This document shows positions 18,732 to 27,539 of a stretch of 64,000 nt of DNA, in pieces. The stretch comes from Myxococcota bacterium (GTDB lineage: Bacteria > Myxococcota_A > UBA796 > CAJQPC01). A program made the position numbers and the translations under genes. Position 1 is the stretch's first letter. Each line of letters begins with the position of its first letter. The notes beneath the pieces were generated by a model. It searched no databases. It was not told the DNA's origin and saw only the letters and a program-made list of their open reading frames with translations. The stretch lies in contig JAZAMN010000016.1 of the NCBI GenBank assembly GCA_036229005.1, positions 32,001 through 96,000 on the forward strand. Reading direction: 5' to 3'.

Positions 18732-19546
18732 TCCTGCTCGCCCTGCTCTTGTCCGGCGGCCTCTGGGAGCAGGCCGAGCTCTGGCGCCAGGACGGCCAGC
18801 CGCTGCAGATCGACCTGGACCAGCGCCTGGCCGCCAAGCGCCTGTTCTCCGAGCTGCTGGCCGGCGCCCCCGCGGGTGTGCTGCCCGCCGATCTGGACAC
18901 CCGCGCCGCCACGCTGGGGCTGCAGGTCCAGATCGGGCTGGACCGCGTGATCCTGCACGGCCCCGGCGGCATCTTCGCCGTACACCTGGGCGACCCCGAG
19001 CGCCCCCCGCTGGTGCTCCAGGCCCCCCACGCCTGGTACGACTACAAGACCGGCCGCATCGCCTCCGCGCTCTTTGACGAGGGCGTCCCCCGGGCGCTCT
19101 TCCTCAACGGCGGGCAGCGCTACGGCGGCAACGGCCAGGACGACCCCGCCTTCGACCTGGCCCACAACCACGACACGCTCTACCAGGCCGCCACCCTGGG
19201 GGCCGCCGCGGGACTGGAGGACCCCCTGTTCGTCCAGCTCCACGGCTTCACCTCGCGCAGCTCAAAGGACGTCGCCGTGGTCTCGAGGGGGTCGGCTCTG
19301 GAGCCTCTTGGGCTGCGGGACCTCGCCATCGCGGACCTCTCGGGTCTGCTGGGCTTCCTTGGATCGGTGGGCACCGGCGAGGACAACTGGAGGCTGGCCG
19401 CCCGCGACAACGCCCAGGGCCAGGCCCTGTCCGGCCAGGCCCGCTTCCTGCACCTGGAGCTGGGCAAGCAGGCCCGCCGCGAGCTGGCCGACGACCCCGA
19501 GCTGCGCGCCGCCTTCGGCGCCCTGATGCTGGGGTGGACCCGATGA
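18728..19546 (+). CDS. Putative secreted zinc hydrolase, PghP (poly-gamma-glutamate hydrolase) / N-formylglutamate amidohydrolase-like fold
   Basis: LQAPHAWYD, DLAH, FVQLHGF, DNAQG and FLHLEL parallel the APH..E, IHG, N and QLE pattern of PghP-type enzymes. Short hydrophobic N-terminus. Confidence 0.6.
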   Translation: MILLALLLSGGLWEQAELWRQDGQPLQIDLDQRLAAKRLFSELLAGAPAGVLPADLDTRAATLGLQVQIGLDRVILHGPGGIFAVHLGDPERPPLVLQAPHAWYDYKTGRIASALFDEGVPRALFLNGGQRYGGNGQDDPAFDLAHNHDTLYQAATLGAAAGLEDPLFVQLHGFTSRSSKDVAVVSRGSALEPLGLRDLAIADLSGLLGFLGSVGTGEDNWRLAARDNAQGQALSGQARFLHLELGKQARRELADDPELRAAFGALMLGWTR

Positions 19547-22500
19547 TCGCGCTGCTGCTGGCGATGGTCGCCTGGGCCCAGGCCGCCTGGGTGCCCCTGG
19601 GCGAGCTGGAGCCCCAGGACGAGGGCCTGCACGCCGGCCAGATCTGGCTGGAGCAGGGCTCTCGACAGCGCGTGCTGTTCACGGTCTACCCGGCGGACGC
19701 GCCCCTGTGGATCGAGAGCGAGGGCGCCTGGCAGCCCCTGGCCGCGGGCCCCGATGGCAGCCTGCTGTTGCCCGCGCCCACCCTGACCCGGGAGCTGCGG
19801 ATCCACGCCCCCGAGCACGCGGTGATCACCGCTTGGCGGGAGTCCCTGACGCCCGTGCAGGTGGCCTGGGACCGCTACGAGGAGGCGCTGGCGCGCTGGG
19901 TGCTGCACGGCGGGACCCTGCCCACGCCGCCCCAGGAGCTCTACGAGCTGGAGGACGAGTGGGTGCTGCGGCGGCAGGCCTTCCTGGCGGTCGGGGAGCC
20001 GGTGCACGAAGCTCTGCTGGCGTCCATGCTGCTGGACCTGGAGTCCCGGCGGGCGCTGTCCGGGCGCGACCACCCAGCGCTCATCCTGCAGACGGGTGAC
20101 CTCGCTGATGGGCAGGAGTTCACGCAGCAGGTGCAGGGCCCAGGCGTGCTGGTGTTGGACGTCCAAGCCCAGCTTCAGGCCGATCCCTACCTCGACTTCC
20201 GCCTGATCGGGACCCTGGACGGGCGCCCGGAGCTGCAGCGACAGACCGCCGCGGGCGAGAACCCGGAGACCCCGGGCCTGAGCTGGTCGCGGCGCCTGGA
20301 GGTGGTGGTGCCGCCGGGCCTGCACACGGTGGGGCTGACCCTGGAGGGCGCGGACGGGAAGGTGACTCCGGTGTGGCGGGCGCGGCGGGGCGGCTGGCGG
20401 CGGGCGGGGCTGATGCGGCGCTTTGCGGACGGCGGGCGGCCTCGGGGGGACCTGGAGCGCCTGGAGCGGGACGTGATCCTGCGGGACCCGACGGTGGCGA
20501 TGCAGGCCCACGCGCTGCTCGCGCAGGAGAACGTGCACCCGGCGGTGGAGCGGCTGGCCCTGCTGCGGCTGGTGCGCTGGAGCCGGGACGACGCCGAGGC
20601 CGTGGCGATCGTGCGGGAGCACCCCCAGGACACGCTGCTGCTGGCGGCCCTGGCGCGGCGCTGGCAGGCCGGGGCGCCGGTGGACCCCCAGATCTTCGTG
20701 GAGGACCCGCGCGCGCTGCCCCTGGATCCGCAGCTCCTGGCGGAGCTCGCGGTGGCGCTGGGTGGGCCCTTCTTCCGGCCGCGGGGGGAGGCGATCCTGC
20801 GCTTGGCCGGCGGAGACCTCCGGGGCTGGGACGGGAGCCGCTGGAGCGCGCTGGAGCCGGTGGAGGGCGGCACGCTGATCCGCGCCGTCGACAGCCCGGG
20901 TGTGCCGCGGGTGGTGGCCAGCCCGGGAGAGGTGGTGCTGCTGGAGCTGCCCGAGGTCGACGCCGGCCAGGTCCCCGTGCTGCGGCTGATGGGCGAGGCC
21001 CCGGTGCGCTACCGGGTGGACGGGCGCGAGGCCTACGGCGCCGGGCGCCTGGACGAGGCCCTGAGCAGCGGGCAGCACACGGTCGAGGTGCTGGAGGGGC
21101 AGCTCTGGATCCTGGACGCCCACCTGGTGGTCCAGGGCGGCCTGCGCACCTACGAGCGCACCCAGGCGCAGCTCCCGGCGAGCTTCCTGCTGCCCGACCC
21201 CGGCGCTCCCGTCGCGCTGGCGCTGCTGGCCGACAGCCCGGGCACCGTGCGCATCGAGCTGGACGACGGCGACGCCTTCGAGGTGGAGCTCCCACCCGAG
21301 GCCGAGCGCGTGGTGGTCCCGGTGGGCCCCTGGGCGCAGAAGGCGGTGGTGCACGGGCCCGAGCACATGCACATCTCCGTGCTGATGCGGCACCCCAAGG
21401 GCGAGCTGCTGTGGCCCACCCTGCCCGACCCGGGGATCGACCCGGTGGCCATGCTCGGGCAGGCCTCCCGCACCCTGGTGCTGGCCCTGCAGGAGGGCGC
21501 CGATGACGCCCAGATCGCGGCGCTTCGCCTGCAGCGGGCGGGCGCCTACCAGGCCCTGGGGCTGACCGGCTCCGCGCGCGCCGAGGCCAACCTGGTGCTG
21601 CAGCTTGAGGGCGCCACCGACGACCAACGCCGCGCCGCTCTGGCCGCCCTGCCCCCCGCGCCGCCCGTGCGCTCCCCCGGGCCCCAGTCCGCCGAGGCCG
21701 TGCTCGCCCTGCGCCAGATGCTGCCCCCCAGCGACGCCGCCGGCTGGCAGGCCGCCGCCGAGACCACCACCCCCCAGTCCTACGCCGCCCTGGTGTGGGA
21801 GCGGGCCGCTCAGGCCTGGCTGGACGAGGGTGACCCCGTGCGCGCCTACCACTGCGCCGAGATGGCCGGGCCCCGCGCCGACGGGCTCCGCAGGCGCGCC
21901 GCCACCTCCGGCGAGTGGGTGGCGCTCAACGTGCTCGACCAGAGCGGCGGCGTGGTCAAGCGCACCGTCCACCGCCGCCCCCCCGACGACTCCGACGGCG
22001 CCCTCTCCCAGGCCCGCGAGGCCGCCCTGGGCTCTCCCTGGCCCGGCGATCAGGCCGCCGTGCTGCGCCCCGGACGCCAGGACGTGCTGGAGTTCAGCGG
22101 CAGCCGCATGGACCTGTCCCTGCTCTGCCGCGACGAGTCCTTCTCCCCCGAGCCCCAGCCCTGCGCGCTCCAGGTCGGCGTGGACGACGGCGAGCTCCAG
22201 CCCATCGAGGTCCTGGACGGCCAGCTCCAGACCCTGCCCCTGGTCCTGACCCCCGGCGAGCACCAGGTCGTCGTGCGCCTGGACGAGCGCGCCGGCCCCG
22301 CCGTGCTGGTCCACGCCCAGACCCCGGACGGCCCGCTGCCCCCCACCCTCCAGGTCTCCACCCACCGGGTCGGGAGCGGGGTCGAGGTGAGCGTGCCGGC
22401 CCCCGTGCTCCTGCGGGTCAAACTCCACGAAGGCGGTCCCGTCCAGCTCCGCGTAGGGGACACCCTGCGCCCGATCGAGGACACCACGGTGGTCCCCCTG

Positions 22501-23598
22501 CTGGACACCGGGACCCTGCCCCTGCGCATCGAGGGCCCCCCCGGCGCCCTGGTCACCCTCTCCGTGCTGGAGCCCCAGGCGCAGCCCGAGCAGTCCGCGC
22601 TGGCCCAGGCCCGCGAGGAGGCCAGCCAGCTCTCCGCCGAGGCCCGGCTGCCCCCCACCCCCACCGGGCCCGTCGCCCAGGCCACCACCACCTGGATGCA
22701 GGAGGTCGCCTTCCGCCGGCCCCCAGTCCAGTCCCCCATGGGCGGTCAGGCCAGCTTGTGGGCCGGCGGCCGCCTGGGCGTGGACCTGGCCGCCGAGGCC
22801 GACGCCCTGGACACCTGGCGCTACGCCCAGCTCGGCGCGGGCTTCCGCCGCCGCGGCCCCCGCACGGACCGCTACAGCCACGCCGCCGGCTACGGCCGCG
22901 CCTCCCTGGACGGCCCCCCCGCCGCCGGCCTGGAGCTGGAGCAGCACTGGCTCCCCCAGCGCTGGGTGCTCAGCGCCGAGCTCTCCGCTTGGCACTCCCT
23001 CTCCGCCGGCCACATCAGCGGCCGCCTGCGCGCCCGCTACCTCTTCGAGCTCTCCCCCCGCTGGCGCGTGCAGCCCTGGCTGTGGATGCGGGCCGGGGTC
23101 TGGAGCCCGGAAGGCAGCAACGTCGACCCCCGCGCCTGGACCACCTACGGCCGCGACCACTGGCTGGGCGCCGGCCTGGGCACCCACGTGGACTTCAAGC
23201 CCTACCGGGACCTCCGCTTCCGCGCGACCCCCGCGCTCTACACCAACGTCAACGGCACCCTGGACAAGGCCGGCGCCACCCTGCGCGCCGACTGGCTGCT
23301 CAACCCCCGCTGGTGGCTGGTGGGCTCCGCCGGCCTGGAGCGCCGCTTCGTGGACCTTCACCGCGACGAGGCCTTCTGGCGCACCCAGCTCCAGGCCGGC
23401 GCCACCTACGGCCTCTGGCGCACCCCCGAGCAGTGGTGGCTCTTCTCCGCCCGCGTCCTGGCCTACCCCAACGACCGCGCCGTCCAGGCCTGGGTGGGGC
23501 TCACCGTCGAGTTCGGCTCCCGCCGCGGCGTCTACGACCACGTCCCCATCGACGCCCCCTTCCTCGCCCAGCGCGACCTGCCCCTGGAGCAGCGATGA
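19543..23598 (+). CDS. Large exported protein with helical (TPR-like) segments and a probable C-terminal outer-membrane beta-barrel
   Basis: ATG at 19543 (ATGA overlap), signal MIALLLAMVAWA. The last ~280 aa are alternating aromatic/hydrophobic strands (RYAQLGAGFRR, RLRARYLFEL, QLQAGATYGLW, AWVGLTVEF). Confidence 0.7.
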   Translation: MIALLLAMVAWAQAAWVPLGELEPQDEGLHAGQIWLEQGSRQRVLFTVYPADAPLWIESEGAWQPLAAGPDGSLLLPAPTLTRELRIHAPEHAVITAWRESLTPVQVAWDRYEEALARWVLHGGTLPTPPQELYELEDEWVLRRQAFLAVGEPVHEALLASMLLDLESRRALSGRDHPALILQTGDLADGQEFTQQVQGPGVLVLDVQAQLQADPYLDFRLIGTLDGRPELQRQTAAGENPETPGLSWSRRLEVVVPPGLHTVGLTLEGADGKVTPVWRARRGGWRRAGLMRRFADGGRPRGDLERLERDVILRDPTVAMQAHALLAQENVHPAVERLALLRLVRWSRDDAEAVAIVREHPQDTLLLAALARRWQAGAPVDPQIFVEDPRALPLDPQLLAELAVALGGPFFRPRGEAILRLAGGDLRGWDGSRWSALEPVEGGTLIRAVDSPGVPRVVASPGEVVLLELPEVDAGQVPVLRLMGEAPVRYRVDGREAYGAGRLDEALSSGQHTVEVLEGQLWILDAHLVVQGGLRTYERTQAQLPASFLLPDPGAPVALALLADSPGTVRIELDDGDAFEVELPPEAERVVVPVGPWAQKAVVHGPEHMHISVLMRHPKGELLWPTLPDPGIDPVAMLGQASRTLVLALQEGADDAQIAALRLQRAGAYQALGLTGSARAEANLVLQLEGATDDQRRAALAALPPAPPVRSPGPQSAEAVLALRQMLPPSDAAGWQAAAETTTPQSYAALVWERAAQAWLDEGDPVRAYHCAEMAGPRADGLRRRAATSGEWVALNVLDQSGGVVKRTVHRRPPDDSDGALSQAREAALGSPWPGDQAAVLRPGRQDVLEFSGSRMDLSLLCRDESFSPEPQPCALQVGVDDGELQPIEVLDGQLQTLPLVLTPGEHQVVVRLDERAGPAVLVHAQTPDGPLPPTLQVSTHRVGSGVEVSVPAPVLLRVKLHEGGPVQLRVGDTLRPIEDTTVVPLLDTGTLPLRIEGPPGALVTLSVLEPQAQPEQSALAQAREEASQLSAEARLPPTPTGPVAQATTTWMQEVAFRRPPVQSPMGGQASLWAGGRLGVDLAAEADALDTWRYAQLGAGFRRRGPRTDRYSHAAGYGRASLDGPPAAGLELEQHWLPQRWVLSAELSAWHSLSAGHISGRLRARYLFELSPRWRVQPWLWMRAGVWSPEGSNVDPRAWTTYGRDHWLGAGLGTHVDFKPYRDLRFRATPALYTNVNGTLDKAGATLRADWLLNPRWWLVGSAGLERRFVDLHRDEAFWRTQLQAGATYGLWRTPEQWWLFSARVLAYPNDRAVQAWVGLTVEFGSRRGVYDHVPIDAPFLAQRDLPLEQR

Positions 23599-26500
23599 GC
23601 GGCCTCCGCCCCCGCCCGGGCCCCCAGACCGGCGCCGGCCGCGCCCTGTCCCTGTGGCTCCCCCCGCTGCTAGTGCGCGTGCGCGCCGAGTGGGTGGACC
23701 GCCTGGGCATGCGCCTGGAGGCGGACATGGGCGCCAACCTCCCGGAGCTCCCCGACGTGGGCTTCTCCCGCGTGGTGGCCGTGGCCGGCGAGCAGCTCCT
23801 GGACCAGCGCCGCGAGCTCGTGCGTCAGCGCCGCGAGCTGCAGGTCGCCGCCACCCGCGCCCAGGGCAGCCACGAGCTGCGCTCCGTCCTCCAGCACTTC
23901 CTGCGCAGCACCGTCCGCGACGAGCGCAGCCTGGCCAAGGACATCCGCGCCCTGGGCCGCAGCCTGGACGTCACCGCCCTCACCGAGCGCGTCGACAAGC
24001 GCATCCACGGCTGCGGCGTCGAGCTGGAGATGCTCGCCCACGTCCTGGCCCACCACCCCCTCCGGGGCCCCGCCGCCCTGCTGCTGGACAGCCTGCTGGA
24101 CGACCCCCGCCCCCAGACCCGGCGCGCCGCCACCCAGACCCTCGCGGGGTGGGCCGTGCTGGTGCTCGGCAGCGGCAAGGACCGGGACGGCGCGCTCACC
24201 GACCTCGCCCCCGCTCAGCTCGAGCGCTTGATGGGCCTGCGCGAGCACCCCGATGTGCTCACGGGCGTGCGCGCCCTCCAGGTCCTCGCTGGGCTCCCCG
24301 GTCCCCAGGCCCAGCACGAGCTCCGCCAGACCCTGCGCGGTGAGGACGGCGTGGAGTCCGACTTCTTCCTCCGCGCAGCCGCCATCCGCCTGATGGTCGA
24401 GGTCTCCCCCGAGGCCGCCCGCGACGCCTACATGATCGCCCGCGTCGACCCCTCCGAGACCGTGCGCTGCGCACTGGTGGACGCCCTCTCGGAGACCGCC
24501 ACCCCCGGGGCCCGCGCCCTCCTCCAGCGCCTGCGCGTCGACGACCCCGCCCGCTCCGTGCGCACCCGCGCCTCCCGCGCCGTCCGCGTCGCCACCCCCA
24601 CCCCCGACCCCAGCCCCCCCGTCCAGCGCCTGCGGGGCCTGCGCTTTGGCCAGCAGGACACCCTCACCCTGCCCGCCGACATGAGCCCCCTGCAGCTCGC
24701 CGAAGAGCTCCTGCCCCTGACCGACCGCGACCACGGCTTCGGGATCGAAGCTCTGGATGCCCGCCGCGTCCGGGTGCACCGCGGAGAACAGCGGGTGCTG
24801 CGCGCCTGGAGACTGCTCCATGAGCTCCGGCGAGGTGACCCTGGCAAGCGTCAGTACGGCGACCACCTCAGCGGGCGCTCCATGCCCGGCGAGATCCTGG
24901 TCCCCCCCGCGCGCATGGCCGACGTCTCCCCCACCGACGTGCCCGCCCGCCCCGTGCTGGCCGAGCAGTGGGGCTCCTGGGGCCCCTGGCTGCCCCTGCC
25001 GGACCACTGCATCGACGCCCTGTGGGAGGGCGACAAGACCCTGCTCACCCGCCAGGGCCGCACCCGCCTGCAGCCGCCCGTGGGGGTGCCCGCCCGCGTC
25101 CGCGCCGCGATGGCCCTGTCCACCCGCATCGAGCACTACGACCAGCTCCGCGAGCAGGCCCTCCAGGGACGTGACGCCGGCGCCCGCCGCGCCTACACCC
25201 AGGCGCTGGAGGCCCTGGGCTTCCGCCTGGACTTCGTGCCCGCCGCCTCCGGGGACGCCCGCCTGCCCGAGATGTTCCCGCCCCCCAAGCAGGAGCTGCT
25301 CCTGGGCCTGGCCCCCGCCGCCGGCGCCGCCCTGCTCGACTCCGCCATGGACCTGCTCTCCCAGCGCAGCCTCCAGCCCGTGGACCTGATGTTCCTCTCC
25401 GGCGGCATCGCCAGCGTCTTCTTCGGCCGCCTGGTCCTCTCCCACCAGCGCACCGCCCGCGCCCGCGCCCGCATCCCCCTGGTCGTCGGCGGCTGGGGCA
25501 CCCGCGGCAAGTCCGGCGTCGCCCGCCTCAAGGCCGCCTTCTTCGAGGGCATGGGCCTGGACGTCGTCTGCAAGACCACCGGCTGCGAGGCCATGTTCCT
25601 GCGGGCCTTCCACGGCCGCCCCGCCACCGAGTTCTTCCTCTTCCGGCCCTACGACCGCGCATCCATCTGGGAGCACGCCGACGTCCTGCAGCGCTCCGCC
25701 GACATGGGCGCCGAGGTGTTCATCTGGGAGTGCATGGCCCTGCGCACCGCCTACGTCGAGCAGCTCCAGCTCTTCTGGACCCGCGACGACCTGAGCACCA
25801 TCACCAACACCTACCCCGACCACGAGGACATCCAGGGCCCCTCCGGCCAGGACGTCGCCGAGACCATCTCCGCGTTCATGCCCCGCGGCGCCAAGGCCAT
25901 CACCACCGAACAGCAGATGACCCCCATCCTGCGCGACCGCGCCCGCGAGCGAGACACCGAGCTGGTCGAGGTGGACCAGGAGGAGATCGACACCCTCCCC
26001 GCCGATCTGGTCGCGCGCCTACCCTACCAGGAGCACCCCAACAACATCACCCTGGTCGCCCAGCTCGCCGAGACCCTGGGCGTGGACCGCCAGGAGGCCG
26101 TCGTCCTGATGGCCGACCACGTCGTCCCCGACCTGGGCTCCCTGGCCACCTTCCCCGAGCTGCGCCTGCGCGGCCGCAGCGTCGAGTTCACCAACGGCAG
26201 CTCCGCCAACGAGCGCACCGGCTTCCTCAACAACTGGCGCCGCTGCGGCTTCGAGGGCCACGACCCCGAGCGCGACGCCGGCGACTTCCTGGTCCTGGTC
26301 GTCAACAACCGCTACGACCGCGTCGCCCGCTCCCAGGTCTTCGCCGACATCCTGGTCAACGACGCCCCCGCCCACCGCATGGTCCTCATCGGCACCAACC
26401 TGGAGGGCCTGCGCACCTACATCGACACCGCCCTCGCCCAGCGCATCGCCAACATCGAGATCTTCGGCGGCGGCCCCGAGCTCGTCCTCGCCCGCTTCGC

Positions 26501-27527
26501 CGCCCTCCAGAGGCAGCTGCGGATCGTGGAGCTCCCCGCTCTGATGCGCACCACCGCGCCCACGCTGGACCTCGACATCGAGGCCGCCGCCCGCGCCTTC
26601 GAGGACACCCTGGAGACCCTCCCCGCCCGCCCCCTCAGCAACAAGGAGGCCCGCCAGCTCCTCGCCGACCAGCACAAGCACTGGGAGACCCTCCTCTCCG
26701 GCGCCGGGGGCATCTTCACCGACAACGGGCAGGCGCGCTCCCCCTTCCACGACCCCCACGACGCGCAGGTGGGCCGCCAGGGGGCCGCGGAGGTCTGGCT
26801 GGATCTGGGCGCCGAGCAGCTTCGGTTCACCGCTCTGCGGAATGCGTGGAAGGCCACCGTCAACGATCCCCCCGCAGCCGAGGACATCCTGGCCCTGGAG
26901 CAGGCCACCGGCGAGCTCTTCGCCGAGGTCTTCCGCGGCCGCCTCGTCGTGGTCCAGGACCCGGGCGCCAGCGGCGACCAGATCGTCGAGCGCCTGGCCC
27001 TGCGCTCCCCCCTGGGCAGCCGCGTGCGCGTGCTCTCCTCCCAGAACATCAAGGGCACCGGCCTGGACCTGGTCTACGCCTTCTTCAACAGCCGGCGCCC
27101 CATGAGCTGGGCGCTGGAGCTGCGCGCCACCGACGCCGGCACCCGCTCCCGCGCCCTGGAGCAGCTCCAGGGCTGGCACCAGTGGTCCCTGCCCCTGGTC
27201 CACGAGCTCCTGCGCCAGCTCACCCTGCTCGCCCAGGGCGGCGGCGTCAGCGAGCTCCAGGCCGCGCTGGAGCAGGAGCGCACCCGGCGCCGCCAGGCCC
27301 TGGGTCATCAGAGCGCCGGCACCCAGGGCCTGGGCCCCCTGGAGTCCCTGGTCGACCCCCTGCTCTCCATCCGCCGCCGCTGGGCCGCCGACCGCATCAT
27401 GGACGACCTGGCCCACGGCCGGATCAGCGAGGCCCTCGCCGAGCACGAGCTGCGCGCCCTGACCTACGAGCAGCGCGGCGAGATCATCGAGGACAGCCCC
27501 CCCACCGGGCCCGGCCTGCTGAGCTGA
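23595..27527 (+). CDS. capB: Poly-gamma-glutamate synthase PgsB/CapB with ~600-aa N-terminal HEAT-repeat extension
   Basis: ATG at 23595 (ATGA overlap). Motifs GWGTRGKS, CKTTG, WECMAL, TNTYPDHEDIQGP, PDLG, NGSSANE, NNRYDRVARS and QNIKG. HEAT-like DPRPQTRRAA, DPSETVRCAL and DPARSVRTRA. Confidence 0.92.
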   Translation: MSGLRPRPGPQTGAGRALSLWLPPLLVRVRAEWVDRLGMRLEADMGANLPELPDVGFSRVVAVAGEQLLDQRRELVRQRRELQVAATRAQGSHELRSVLQHFLRSTVRDERSLAKDIRALGRSLDVTALTERVDKRIHGCGVELEMLAHVLAHHPLRGPAALLLDSLLDDPRPQTRRAATQTLAGWAVLVLGSGKDRDGALTDLAPAQLERLMGLREHPDVLTGVRALQVLAGLPGPQAQHELRQTLRGEDGVESDFFLRAAAIRLMVEVSPEAARDAYMIARVDPSETVRCALVDALSETATPGARALLQRLRVDDPARSVRTRASRAVRVATPTPDPSPPVQRLRGLRFGQQDTLTLPADMSPLQLAEELLPLTDRDHGFGIEALDARRVRVHRGEQRVLRAWRLLHELRRGDPGKRQYGDHLSGRSMPGEILVPPARMADVSPTDVPARPVLAEQWGSWGPWLPLPDHCIDALWEGDKTLLTRQGRTRLQPPVGVPARVRAAMALSTRIEHYDQLREQALQGRDAGARRAYTQALEALGFRLDFVPAASGDARLPEMFPPPKQELLLGLAPAAGAALLDSAMDLLSQRSLQPVDLMFLSGGIASVFFGRLVLSHQRTARARARIPLVVGGWGTRGKSGVARLKAAFFEGMGLDVVCKTTGCEAMFLRAFHGRPATEFFLFRPYDRASIWEHADVLQRSADMGAEVFIWECMALRTAYVEQLQLFWTRDDLSTITNTYPDHEDIQGPSGQDVAETISAFMPRGAKAITTEQQMTPILRDRARERDTELVEVDQEEIDTLPADLVARLPYQEHPNNITLVAQLAETLGVDRQEAVVLMADHVVPDLGSLATFPELRLRGRSVEFTNGSSANERTGFLNNWRRCGFEGHDPERDAGDFLVLVVNNRYDRVARSQVFADILVNDAPAHRMVLIGTNLEGLRTYIDTALAQRIANIEIFGGGPELVLARFAALQRQLRIVELPALMRTTAPTLDLDIEAAARAFEDTLETLPARPLSNKEARQLLADQHKHWETLLSGAGGIFTDNGQARSPFHDPHDAQVGRQGAAEVWLDLGAEQLRFTALRNAWKATVNDPPAAEDILALEQATGELFAEVFRGRLVVVQDPGASGDQIVERLALRSPLGSRVRVLSSQNIKGTGLDLVYAFFNSRRPMSWALELRATDAGTRSRALEQLQGWHQWSLPLVHELLRQLTLLAQGGGVSELQAALEQERTRRRQALGHQSAGTQGLGPLESLVDPLLSIRRRWAADRIMDDLAHGRISEALAEHELRALTYEQRGEIIEDSPPTGPGLLS

Positions 27528-27539
27528 GCCGGGCTGGCC

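Noticed and set aside
19180..23541. 1453-aa minus-strand ORF and other long antisense ORFs (9253..12306, 29804..32335, 41208..43121, 47993..50632)
   Set aside because: These are shadow frames of GC3-biased genes on the opposite strand, with no motifs and the typical Gly/Ala/Val/His-rich composition.
21915..23594. N-terminal 560 aa of the 1870-aa ORF
   Set aside because: It is an Arg/Pro-rich alternative frame inside the 19543..23598 gene; the real capB start is the coupled ATG at 23595.
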